This document shows, piece after piece, positions 25,141 to 39,599 of a stretch of DNA of 64,000 bases (position 1 is its first letter; the number at the start of each line of letters is the position of its first letter). A program made the translations under genes and the position numbers. The notes under the pieces are model-generated. The model saw only the letters and a program-made list of their open reading frames with translations. It made no database searches and was not told the origin of the DNA. Origin of the DNA: Spirogloea muscicola (taxonomy: Eukaryota); the NCBI GenBank assembly GCA_009602725.1, contig WELB01000009.1, positions 94,374 through 158,373 on the forward strand, in the 5' to 3' direction.

Positions 25141-27528
25141 CCGCCAGGGCGTCCCTGTACTTTGTTCATTCTTTTTTGGGCTGGCTTTTCCAGGCCCTAT
25201 CCTCAATGGGCGCACCCTTTCGTCTGGTAGGAGATTATGCACGCCCACCACTTCAGGGCCTGTGGGACAAAGGGGGCCGGGGCTGTGAAAAGCCAGCCCA
25301 GAGAAACTGGTAAGGTCCGAAGGGCCAAAAAGCGCCAAAAATACCACGCTAGGCAAGAGATAGAGCCAATGGGAGCTTAGTAACCCCGACAGTAGCATAG
25401 AAGGGACTACAGATAGCGAGCTCCAATTTAGTAAGAAGTCTTCATACACGTACTTTGCCACGGGGGGCCGCGATGGCTGGTGATAGGCCAAGAGAAAGAG
25501 AGGAACAGCTCTTCCAATGTCCTATATACGGCAATGACCAGCCCAAAGGGAATGAACAAGGCCTGAAAGGGCCGGAAGGTGAGAGCGTGGATGGAGCGGG
25601 CAGGTTTAGCAGGAGAAGCTCTGCCAAGCTCTTCCGAAGGTGCGATGAGGTGAGAGTGTACACCCGGTCTAGCTGCAACCACGGGCTCGCAGACTGTGAA
25701 GACCATCCTATGGACAGACTCGGTTCCCTGGAATCCGTCCCACATTGTCCGCTGTACTTTACAAACTCGTGTTGTTTAGACCTACGTTGTCCACCCTGTT
25801 CAACCCTGTGCAGCGGCTCGCGCAACGAGCGTGTCTCGGCGGCAGGGGCAGCGGAGGGAGCAGCCAGAATCAGCTGCTGCGGGAATTCTGGCCTTTGTTT
25901 GATGCATCCGTCTGTCCAAGACGCAGCAATTCCAGACCTTTGCTTTGTATTTAGGAGAAAGGGCTCGCCCATTGAGGATATGGGCTGGAACAGCCAGCCC
26001 AAAAAAGAATGAACAAAGTACAAGAAGGGGGCTAGGCGAAGCACTAAGGAAGACAAGCACAATAAGAAGCTAAGCAGCTACAAAGCACTCAGTAACCCCT
26101 GCTGAGCAGTCGCAGGTCAGAGATGCTAGGCTGCTGGAAGGGGGTCCCCTGGCCAGAGCCAGAGGCGGCAGCGAGGGCGCGGCCGGCACGAAGGTGCAGC
26201 GCGCGTGCCATTGACCATTTAGGAGCTGGCCGTGCCGTGCCTGCTGCTTCTCATGCTACTGGCAGGCCGACTCCTTCCTTGTCGTGGCTTTGTGCCTTCC
26301 GGCCCTTTCAGACCTTTGCTCTGTAATGTAGTCCTTTTCTGGCTTCTCTTTCGTTGGCTTTGGACATTGTCCATTCTTTTTGGGCTGGCTTTGCCAGCCC
26401 CTCTTCTCTATGGGCGAGCACTTTCTTTGCGCTGGCTGTTCACAGCCACTGCCTTACGTTGAAAGAGCTATCTGTTTCCCCACTGCAAAATCATGCCGAC
26501 TTGCGGCTGTTGACTAGGAGTTACTGAGTATTTATCAATTTTAGCCACCTGCTTTGCTGCAGAGTGGTGTTCGCTTTCTGATTCCTTTACACCTTCATCC
26601 TTAGGTCCAACTGCCTGGGCTGGCCTTCCGTATCGGAAATGGAGCCATGCTTGATTCACCTCATTTCGTGGCTTGAACGTTGGGAGGTTGAACTCCAAGA
26701 CAATCAATGAGATACTAAGAAGCGGATTAGATATGGCGCACAAGCTTCTGTTGCTTTGCACCTGCCTCCACTATCCAGATGTACAAGTAGTAAAATTACA
26801 TCTAAATTCATGTAGTCTGAAGCATTTTCGTTTGGCCCGACTTTCACATTCTCTGCATGGATTGTGTCCCTGTCATGCGACCGACCACTCCGTGCCCTTT
26901 CCCTCTCGTCACTCTCTTCATCCACTCCCCTCCCCTCTCTATTTCGAGCCCATATTCCTCATCTGCCCTCCTCAATCCACCCAACAGTTAGTCAACATCA
27001 GCGCTCAGCGCCTCCGTGTCTGTCAGTCTCGTACATTGTTCCGCCATATGTACGTTCCCTTGTCTGGTCTAGCCAATCACAGCCATCGCCCTCTACTGGA
27101 AGTCTTTCCCACACTCCATTCTGCCTCGAAGCTGGCGAAGCAGCCTGCGGCTGCTTAGCCGGGGTCACTGAGTGCTTCGTAGTTACTTGATTCCCTGTGT
27201 GCCTCGAGGACGACGGACGAGACTAGGGAGACGAGCAAGGGTCGCCTGGCCAACCCTCGATGTAAACGCTACTCGTTGGCGCAGGACAGGACGAGACGAG
27301 GTGATGGGGAATGCAGTGTGTGCTGAGCGATGGAGGGCCTGAGTGGCCGAGCACAAGGCAAGCACATTGACAGATTGTACATCACCTGCTGCTAAGAGAC
27401 AGAAAGGCCTAAGCTAAGCTGAGCTGAGCTTAGAAGAAGAAGAGCTTAGGCTGACCCGGAGGGCGGGTGGGGTCATTGGTTTATGTTCCAAGAGTTGGGG
27501 GTTGAAGGGTCGGAGCCCGAAGCCCTGA

Positions 27529-27550
27529 GCCCTAAACCCTAACCCTAAAC
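27529..27550 (+). promoter_or_regulatory. Telo-box (plant telomere-like AAACCCTA) upstream of SQD1
   Basis: GCCCTAAACCCTAACCCTAAAC about 60 nt upstream of the ATG at 27610. Confidence 0.6.
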
Positions 27551-27609
27551 GCCGTGGCTGACAAAACCGTCGCCCCGCCGCCGCCCCCCTCGCCGCGCCC
27601 GCCGCCGCC

Positions 27610-30524
<2,915 letters not shown>

Positions 30525-31329
30525 CCTGCAATTGCGGGACAGTCCATTGCACCTTGGTGTTGTACAGGTCTCCTCTTCTGTAGGCCTTTCAGCCCACGAC
30601 ATGAGTGCTCGCACTTAGCTAAGATGTTATCAGCATGGGGAGGAATTCTTGCGGGTAATTTGTTGACCTTGTAGCCGAGGCAGTGAGGGTGATGGTATGC
30701 TCTGGCCAGGATAGCTAACGGAGCATGCCTTAGCCCATGTGAGCAAGTTGTGGAAACGTCCGTGCTGGGACGTCAGAAACAGCTCCTCGCACTCTTGTAC
30801 ACCATATTTGAAGACGGAATGACATTGTCCAGCTCCCAGGTGGACCATAGACTAGTCGGACTTTGTGACGCTTGTGGAACAGGCTGGCACCAGTCCCAGC
30901 ATCTTGAGGTGTTGTAATGTGCAGCTCGAGGATCTAGCCACCAATGCACTTCTGATGAGCTAATCGAGGATGGCCAGTCATGGACAAGCACAGCAATTGA
31001 TCATGCAAATCTCGACACTCTACTCTGCGATGTACAGGTTCGAGAGAAGCATTTGTCCAGGGCTGGTGCGCTTGCAAGGCTTGTGAAGGGCTCCACACCA
31101 TAAGAATAACCAGTGTAAAGACGCTGCTTGCCGTGAACTACAGAGCCGGGAGTGTCCCAAGTTGGCAAGGTTTGGGGTTGCGACCCACTTAACGACAGTA
31201 ATATTGGGTCAGGAAGGCGCCTGCAGAGGCTGACGCATCCAAGGTTTGGCTGCGACCAGGCGCGTACCCGAGCTCGACTTTGTGCAAGAAGAGGAGCTCG
31301 ACAGTCCAAAGAGGGCGGCGCTCTTGCAA

Positions 31330-33250
31330 AGGGGGCAGTAGCTGAGACAGGCAAGGGCAGCCGAGGTCAATGCTTTTCCAGAAGAAACAGCTCTTTCAAA
31401 GTAAGGCAATGGCCGTGAGCGGCCAAGCCCAGAGGGAAAGTACAAGGTCTACAAGGTCCGGAAGGCGCACGATACAAGAACGGCCAGAAGGGCTGGTGAC
31501 ATAGAGGCCGGCCTCTACGGAGTGACGCAACAGAGTATGCAGAGGAGGAACAACAGCCCGAGTCTGCGCATGCGACATAGACGATGATCCCAGCTCCACG
31601 AACAGGCGCAGCAGGTGAATGTGCAGACATGAGCTCGCTCGACGGCCTCTCCACCTGTTTGAGGCAGGCGGCGGCTGTCAAAAGCCAGCCCAAAAAGGTG
31701 GACAAGGTTCAGGGGAACCCCCCTCAAGAACTGAAGCTTTTCCAATATGGAGGCAATGGCTGCGAGAAGCCTCCTAAGAGAGAATGGACAAGGTCCATTC
31801 TAGGTTAGATTGTTCCAGTGAGCCGGAAAGCACAGTTTATTACAATAGCAACTGACCACGAAGGATGGCTGCTCACGAGGAGACGCGCGGTGCGCATGAA
31901 TTGAGAGGGGGGCCGGAGCAAGCCAGTACATTGTATGTGAGAAGAACAAAGTAATTTCTAGCATGGGCTTAGGTGAAGGGAGACTGAGGGGGGACTCTAG
32001 CAGCCACGAGTGAGCACGAGACGAAGAAGTAAGGCGCTTCCAGGAGAGGGCGGTGGAAGAAAGAAAAGGAAGAGCTCTTGCAAGCGAAAGCGATGGCCGA
32101 AGAGGACTAGCCCAGAGAAACTGAACAACTTACGCAGGGGCCCATAACGTGCTAAACCACACAGGTAGTACGAGTGGGCGCCCAATATCCCCAGTCAGCA
32201 GCCGCCAGTCCGAGTAGCATGCAGTCGGAAAGGTGTCAACACAGCAAAGTCAGCAGCAGCGAAGGTGAGCAAGGGAAATAAATCCAACCTCCACCGGGTG
32301 GACAGCACACTTTGGCCTGGCCCCCTGGCCTCCCGGCTCAGACGGGTTCCTCTGACCTGCGGCTGCTCAGCAGGGGACATTGAGCACCCAGCGGCCACTT
32401 GGGTCGCTGTGCTTTTTAGCGCTTCTCGGCCATTTTAGCGCTTTTCGGCCACCGCCCCCTCTCCTGGAAGCGTCTCTCTCTCTTGGCTCTTCATCAACGT
32501 GCAGGGCGCGCTCTAAAACAGGCCTCCGGCTTTCGCGGCGGCGCTCCAGCTCCCCAAGTTAGCTTGTCAGATTTGTTTGTGCTCACCCGTGGGTACTAAT
32601 GTCATCTTAGGTACCTTAGATTAGGTCTCCGTATTATGTAGCCTTGTTTAGTCTGCACTCGACTCTGCCTGAACAATGTATTGGCTTGAATTGGCCTCCC
32701 TTTCAATTCATGCGCCCCGCGCGCCTTCTCTCTCTCTTGGCCCCTTCGCACTCTCTCCTATCTTCTGGGTTGGCCAATCACAGCCACCACCATCAACCGG
32801 AAGAGTCTCTCTTCTCAGGCGCTTTTCGGTTCCCTTTTTGTCAGAGTTCACTCGAGCTGGCTGCTCTTCCCTTTGCTCACCCGTGGGTACTAATGTCATC
32901 TTAGGTACCTTAGATTAGGTCTCCGTATTATGTAGCATTGTTTGTTCTGCACTCGACTCTGCCTGAACAATGTATTGGCTTGAATTGGCCTCCCTTTCAA
33001 TTCATGCGCCCCGCGCGCCTTCTCTCCCTGAGCACTTTCTTCTGCTGTTCACAGCCCGCGGCTGTGAAAGAAGCTCTCCCGAAGGCAACGTTGGGAGAGC
33101 CACTTTCTACCTTCCTCTCTGCCTCCTCAGGCCCCTTTGTAGCTGCTCACCGCTCTTAGGCCCCTCTGAGCCTTTGTGAGTTCTTTTTGGGCTGGCTTTT
33201 CGCAGCCCTTGCCCCCATTGGGAGTGCCACTTCTTCTCTGCCCTTCGTGC
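31330..33250. repeat. Second cluster of retrotransposon 3'-end fragments, including a ~150-bp direct repeat
   Basis: Same tail modules as 21470-27400. ORF tail SLSDLFVLTRGY* at ~32560-32600. Near-identical copies at 32581-32731 and 32875-33025. Confidence 0.8.
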
Positions 33251-33593
33251 CCAGCGAGGGCCAAGTGGGCGGCGAAGCCCGGGCGACGGGCAGAGCAGCC
33301 CCAGACCGTCGGATGGCGCGGCGAGCCAAAAGAGATCGGACGGCCATGCCGGAGCCGCCCGCCCACGTGGCAGCCCCGCGCGGCGCCGTCCGATGCAACG
33401 CCATCCGGCGGCCGCCGGCGCGCGGGGCCGGCGCGCGGCGGTGGGGGGGCTGCCACGTGTCGCGTTTCCGCGATCCGCGGCGAAAAGGCCGGGCGCCTAA
33501 ACGGTCGGATCCCGGGTTCGGTAAGTCCACCGCTCGCTACCCCGCGCCGCCACGTGGCGCCCCCGCCGCGCCCGCCGCCGGCGCCGGCGCCTG

Positions 33594-34048
33594 NNNNNNN
33601 NNNNNNNNNNNNNNNNNNNNNNNNNNNNNNNNNNNNNNNNNNNNNNNNNNNNNNNNNNNNNNNNNNNNNNNNNNNNNNNNNNNNNNNNNNNNNNNNNNNN
33701 NNNNNNNNNNNNNNNNNNNNNNNNNNNNNNNNNNNNNNNNNNNNNNNNNNNNNNNNNNNNNNNNNNNNNNNNNNNNNNNNNNNNNNNNNNNNNNNNNNNN
33801 NNNNNNNNNNNNNNNNNNNNNNNNNNNNNNNNNNNNNNNNNNNNNNNNNNNNNNNNNNNNNNNNNNNNNNNNNNNNNNNNNNNNNNNNNNNNNNNNNNNN
33901 NNNNNNNNNNNNNNNNNNNNNNNNNNNNNNNNNNNNNNNNNNNNNNNNNNNNNNNNNNNNNNNNNNNNNNNNNNNNNNNNNNNNNNNNNNNNNNNNNNNN
34001 NNNNNNNNNNNNNNNNNNNNNNNNNNNNNNNNNNNNNNNNNNNNNNNN
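33594..34048. other. Assembly gap
   Basis: Run of N. Confidence 1.
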
Positions 34049-34301
34049 CGCCGGCGGCCGCGGCGGCGGCAGGGCAGCGGCGGCGGTGGCGCTGCTCGCG
34101 CCGGCGTCAAGCCACGTGACCACTCACCACCTGGAGCGCCTCAGCGGTGAGCTCGACGGCCATGCTCATGGCAGCTGGCTTGGCGTTCCCACTGCGGGCT
34201 CCATGGAGACGTCGGGGCGCTGACCCATAGCTCTGGCTTGGCGCCGCAGGGCGGAGCGGCGACGGCAAAGGCAGGCCGAAGGCCGTGGTCGTGGCGCTGT
34301 G

Positions 34302-34333
<32 letters not shown>

Positions 34334-37072
34334 TGGCAGTGGCAACAGCCGAGCAGCGGCCTTCGAGCAAGGCGGTCGTCATGCTGTCGCCTTGCTCGTC
34401 GCTGGCGCCGCCACTCCAAGGCAGCCGCCACAGGGCCTCCGTAGCGGGACCGCCTTCCATGGCGGCCGCAGGGAGCTCTGCCGACTGCGCAGCTGTGGCG
34501 GTCCTGACCAAGGCGGCGGCGGCGCTGGGCGTCCGCTCTCCGGGCCCCGCTTGCTCCCACATCCCCGACAGCTCGCCCATCAGCGTCCTCTGCGGTAGAC
34601 AGCAGGCCCCACCTTCCCTCCTCCCACTCTGCAGCCTCGTGCTCCGGCGCAGTGTCGCCACTGCTCCATGTACGTCTGACTGAGGGCCGGGTGTTCCTGG
34701 CGTGCGCAGGCGTGGGAGCGTCGCCGCTCGACACTGCATCGCCGGCGGAGGATGCTGCCCAGCTGCGGGCCACCGGCAGCGGCGGCAGCAACGAAGCAGC
34801 CGCCGCAGTGCTCTCTGACGCACTGTCTCTCGGCTACCCGTCCAGCACGGAAGCGCTGTCCGGCGACAGCCGTGTGGGGCCCGGTGTCGAGGGGCCCTCG
34901 GCGGTCGAGTGGAGCCTCGCCAGAGGCAGCAGCGACGACTGCAACGGCGGCGGAGGGCCCAGCGCCTGGCCGAAAACTGGGGAGCAGCCCCCCAGCGGCA
35001 GGGCAGCGCAGAGCGAGAGTCCTGCGGCAGGGCTCTACCTCGGCTTCTCGCTCCGGCTTGCGGGCAACGGTGACGCGGACGTGGTGCAGGGGAGGAGGGA
35101 GGGCGGCGAGGAGGGCGGAGGGGCGGAGGAGAGCATGGCGCTGCGCCCAGGCAAGCGCCAGGCCCTCGGCGAGGCGGCGGCGCCGGCGGCCGGCGCACCC
35201 GAAGCGGGGGCAGACGAGTCGCGAGTCGCCGGCAGCAAGACGCACAAGGGCAGCCTGGCAGACGAGGACATGGAGGGCGCCGGCCTGGGAGCGCCGCACC
35301 TGGCGCCGTTGCGCACCCCCCGCAGGCCCACGCTGTCGCAGGAGTCGGGCGTCGCCGGCCGCCCGTGGCCAGCCCTCAGCGTCGAGGTGGGTGATCAAGG
35401 CCGCTGCCACCTCCTCTCTCCATCACTCTTGTATTCAGGGCAAGCACTTCGTCGAGCAGCTTGACACCTATGAGCTTATCGTTGCTTGGCTACAATGCCC
35501 AGGTGGGGCAGAGCGAGGTCAGCCGCGTGCGGAGCCTCGGCCGCAGTGACGAGGGCGAGGGCGAGGGCGAGGGCGAGGGCGAGGGCGAGGGCGAGGGCGA
35601 GGTCGAGGCTCTCGGCAGCGGCGAGGCCGAGGCGCCGGAGTCGCCGAGCACGCCCACGAACGCGCCCTCCGCATCCTCCCGCCCTTCGGCGCTGGAGTGC
35701 CCTGACGCCCCTTATGCTAGGTGAGCTGCCAGCCATCATTACCTCACCTCAGCCTCCATCCTCGGTTGCCTCGCTCCTCCCTCCGCTTGCTCACTATATT
35801 AGTCAGCCCCAGCAGGTCTCCCCTGTTAGCCTCGCCGTTGTCCTCTTGGGGCTGACGGGCGCGGCTGTCTCTTGCATTGGCATCTACAGGAGCAAGCTGA
35901 CACCGCTGCTGGCACGCCAGAGCTCGCTGAACGACACCAAGGTGCTCGTGACCACGGCGCTCAAGCGCACGCACAGCACGTTCTTGTTTGACCAGCATTT
36001 CGAGTACCTGCGCGAGATCGGGCGCGGGTCATACAGCCAGGTGTACGAGGCACGCGACCGGCGGCGCGGCACAATGTCCGCCATCAAGGCCAGCCGGCGC
36101 CAATTTCGCGGCCGCGAGGATCGGGAGCGCTACGTGCACGAGATCCGCTCCGTCGCCGCGCTGTCAGAGCACCCCAACGTTGTGCGCTACTACTGCGCCT
36201 GGCAGCAGGACTCGCGCTTCTTCTGCCAGATGGAGCTCTGCGAGGGCGGCTCCTTGCGCGCCTTTCTCGACGCCGCCCCCAAGCCCGTGGCCACTGACCA
36301 GGTGCAGGGCCAGTCCTCCCTCCTCTCCTCTGGCCCCTGTACATCCTCCTCCCTCCTGTCCTCACCCTGCCTCTCCTCTCTCTGCAGGTCTTGTTTCGCT
36401 TTCCCTTCCTCTCTCCTTGCCGTACTCGTTGTGCCCAGCTGTAGCTGGTGGCTGTCTCTCGTCTGACAATGGCAGCTACCCTTGTGCCACACGCAGATTT
36501 GGAAATGGGCGGGCCAGGTCGCGGCGGGCCTGCATCACATCCACAGTCGCGGCGTGTTGCACCTCGACATCAAGCCTGACAACATCCTGCTGGACGCCCA
36601 AGGTCCGCACTTCCGCTGCATGTCGATGACCACGATCCGAACCATGTCCTTTGTCACACACCACGTCCTTTGTCACACACCTCTGAAGCTCTCACAGTTC
36701 TCAGCCTCAGTTGGTTCATGTGGCTGTGCAGGGGTGCTGAAGATTGGGGACTTTGGAATGGCGGTGCTGCGGCAGCAGTGGGAGTGGGAGGAAGGTGACG
36801 GCGGATATGCAGCGCCGGAGCTCCTACGCGCCGACGGCGGCCGCCCAGGCCCCCCCGCAGACATGTACTCGTTCGGCGCGCTGCTGTTCGAGTGCTGCGC
36901 GGCCGCGCCGCTTCCGCGCTCTGCACCTGCGCGCGCCACGCTGCTGGCCGCACTCCCTCACCACCTCCGGCACCGCACCCCGGCACTTCTGCAGCTCGTC
37001 GCCGCGCTGCTGCACTCTGATCCCGCAATGCGCCCATCCGCAACCGAGGTCCTGACTTGGCGGCGAGACTGA
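34049..37072 (+). CDS. Wee1/Myt1-family protein kinase; true start probably in or near the gap
   Basis: Long low-complexity N-terminal exons, then the kinase domain (~35990-37072): FEYLREIGRGSYSQVY, AIKASRRQFRGREDRERYVHEI, HPNVVRYYCAW, QMELCEGGSL, HLDIKPDNI, KIGDFGMA..EEGDGGYAAPELL, ADMYSFG. The EGD motif is characteristic of the Wee family. Confidence 0.85.
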
Positions 37073-37696
37073 CAACAACGCTGTGCACTACGCACGCCGC
37101 AGTCTAGACCCCCCCCCCCCCCACCCCCCCCCCCCCCCTCCCCTTGCCTTCTGCACCTTCCTTGTCACAAACCCTCTCCTCAGCCAATCTGCAGTGGCCT
37201 CCACCTATATGTGGGCACCCTCACATGAACTCGTCATGCGAGGAAGCTGCGGTAGCATAGCAATTTGGGTAGGCGCCCCCTGCCCCGCCTGCTCACGCGG
37301 GCAGAGAGTGGCGAGCCCTTGCTACAAGTTTCCCCCTGGCCGCTGGCCTGCGCCACCGCAAATATGACTGCCACGTCCGCTGCTCGCAGACTGCGCAAGC
37401 TATCATCTCCAGAACTTCTCCTTGTGCCTGCACAACGTGCAAATGAAACTGAGGCAGATGCTCAGAGCCTGCTCATGCCTGCTGCCTCGTGCTTTGACAA
37501 GCACACACCGTCGTTTCCCAGGCAGCTTTACCTTGTCTGGACGGAGGGTAGGGCACTATGACATGCCCTGCTGACTAGCAAATGCCATTGCGAGTGCACT
37601 ACCTGAAGTTCTCGGAGTGCCCAGATCCTCAGGCCAGAGGTGCTCGGCTGCCACCTGTAATGTCGGCTACAGTGTCCCGTGCTGACAACAGGGGGT

Positions 37697-39569
37697 TCAT
37701 CGGAGCTCCTCAATCTTCGGCCGCTTTGGTCTTGCCAAGCCTCCTCTTGACTGGCGCATGGGGCCTCTCACTTGCTCGCCAATGTTGTGGTTGGCACAGT
37801 CCTCCTCATCGCTACTTTCGCCGTGCTCAGCCTCATCGCTCTGGCCATCTCCAGCGTCCGCTTCGTCCCTGCCCAACCCGGCCAGCGCCTGCTCAGCAGC
37901 GGCCACCGCTTCGGGCGTCTTCAGCTCCGCCAGCCCGAGCATCAAATCCTACCACTCAAAAACTCCACTCCTGTTAGCACTGGCCTGCAGCTCTCACAGG
38001 TGAAGGAGATGTGCATGCAAGTCTGTTAAGGGCGCCAGTACTGCAGCCAACTACAAACATCGTGTTGGAAAGCCTCTCGAACTTTGACTTTCCACAGGGG
38101 TGAGATGAGAGTTCATGTGACAGCTGCTCGATTGAGGAGCTCACAATACAGGATGCAGGGCTCACGCTCTGGCTGAGAGGCTGATTGCAGGTGTTGCAAG
38201 CTCACCCTCCCAACACAGGCCCTCACGCACGGTCTAGCTGTCACTCTTCTGAATCTAGCAAAGTTGCACCCCAGGCGAAACTTTACTCACCATCTCGATG
38301 TGTGGGGCGCCGTCAGCGCTGGTCAGCACTTCGATGTTGACATCATCCTGCTGCCCAGCCTGCAGGTGAGCAAGCACAGCACCGCTGCATGGGCAATCCT
38401 GACACAGGATCACGATGCACCGCAAGATGAAGCAGGACTGTGGGGGGCTTGACTTCACTTGACGCTTCAGAATGACAGGCGGAGGTGAAAGTGGTTGAGT
38501 TCGGAGCAGGACTTGTGCAGGAGTGCTCAGCACAAGGGACCAGATGCAGGTTCTTGCAATGCCCGATGAAGAGTCAGCACTGAGAGTCGGGGCAAAGCTG
38601 CGCTTTCATCCTTTCGAGCTCAAGGCCCGGTTGGTCAGATTGTGAAATTCTGGCTGCAAGCAACCGGGCGACCTTGGACCTGCAAGCTCTCCCGCAGCTG
38701 CTGGTTGGCATCATCCATCTGTGGCAGGAAGTCGCGGAGCCGTGCCAGGACTGCAAAGACGCCACCAGTGATCAATGCGGCAGCTTGTCAGGCCAGTCCA
38801 AGGCATGCTGCAAGCTCATGCTGTCACTGACATCGAGAAAATTGGATGCCACAAGGGAGGCGCTGCTGGCTTGATGAGCGGCAATGAGTGCTTAGAGTAC
38901 TGGAACCCTTAGTCCACAACAATGGATATCAGGCCCTTAAGACCTACTTAGAGTCTTTAACACCCACACTTTAAACCTTGAATAGTGAGCTAGTTCCAAG
39001 TCTTAGGATGTTGATAAGGAATCTGCAATTCCACAAGAGGTGCACAGCGTCAAGACCTGCACTTGGGGGCATGGGCCGGGTTGTGGGCGGGCGCTGCTGG
39101 AGCATGGGCGGTGAGGACAGAGCACGCACGCCTGCTCATCGGCAGACGACCAGGCTCGGGGCTGGGACATGGGCCAAGTAACATCAAGGTCAGGGCGGCA
39201 GCAGCAGAAGAGTTACATGGTCCTATAAGCCTGTCATGCACTCGTCCGGCGGCACAGGCCACAGCCCATCACACAACAAGTGCTTCAAACCAAGTGGGCG
39301 CGCAAGGTGAGCATGGCTGTGACGGCTGCAGCCACCCAAGATGAGGGCTCATGGAGAGAAGCCGAGGAGCCCAAGGAGGCCGCCTCACCGTGGTCCTCGA
39401 CATGCAGCAGGGCCTGGCTAGTGCTCGGCGGCGGCCGCGCTGGCCCACTGCGGGCCCGGCCTGCACCGCCACCGGTGGAAGGAGCAGACGCCGAGCCTCT
39501 GCTCCTGCCGCGCTTGCTGACGCTGCCGCCGTCGTCGGCGCTCTGCACAGCCGCAACCTCCATGGCCAT
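37697..39569 (-). CDS. NOPCHAP1/C12orf45-like (DUF4598) small acidic protein, multi-exon
   Basis: PPSA|VLARLRDFLPQMDDANQQLRESLQ|AGQQDDVNIEVLTSADGAPHIEM|..MLGLAELKTPEAVAAAEQA..RPKIEELR* matches the remembered family pattern (L..FLP.M..AN, DIE..IEM.L.LG, KI.EL). Confidence 0.75.
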
Positions 39570-39599
39570 CGCGTCCTGCTCCAAGTCACGGCGGCATCG

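Larger units (their letters stand above)
21470..27400. repeat. Intergenic cluster of nested retrotransposon 3'-end fragments in both orientations
   Basis: Many copies of TTC(A)TTCTTTTGGGCTGG..CAGCC modules, ..LSRGY* ORF tails, CATGCGCACCGCGCG-like tails and TGTGCTTGCCTTTGTACTTG tails. Confidence 0.8.

Noticed and set aside
34107..35410. Long minus-strand ORFs (363, 276 and 216 aa)
   Set aside because: They are shadows of GC-rich plus-strand kinase exons; splice signals favour the plus strand and there are no domain motifs.
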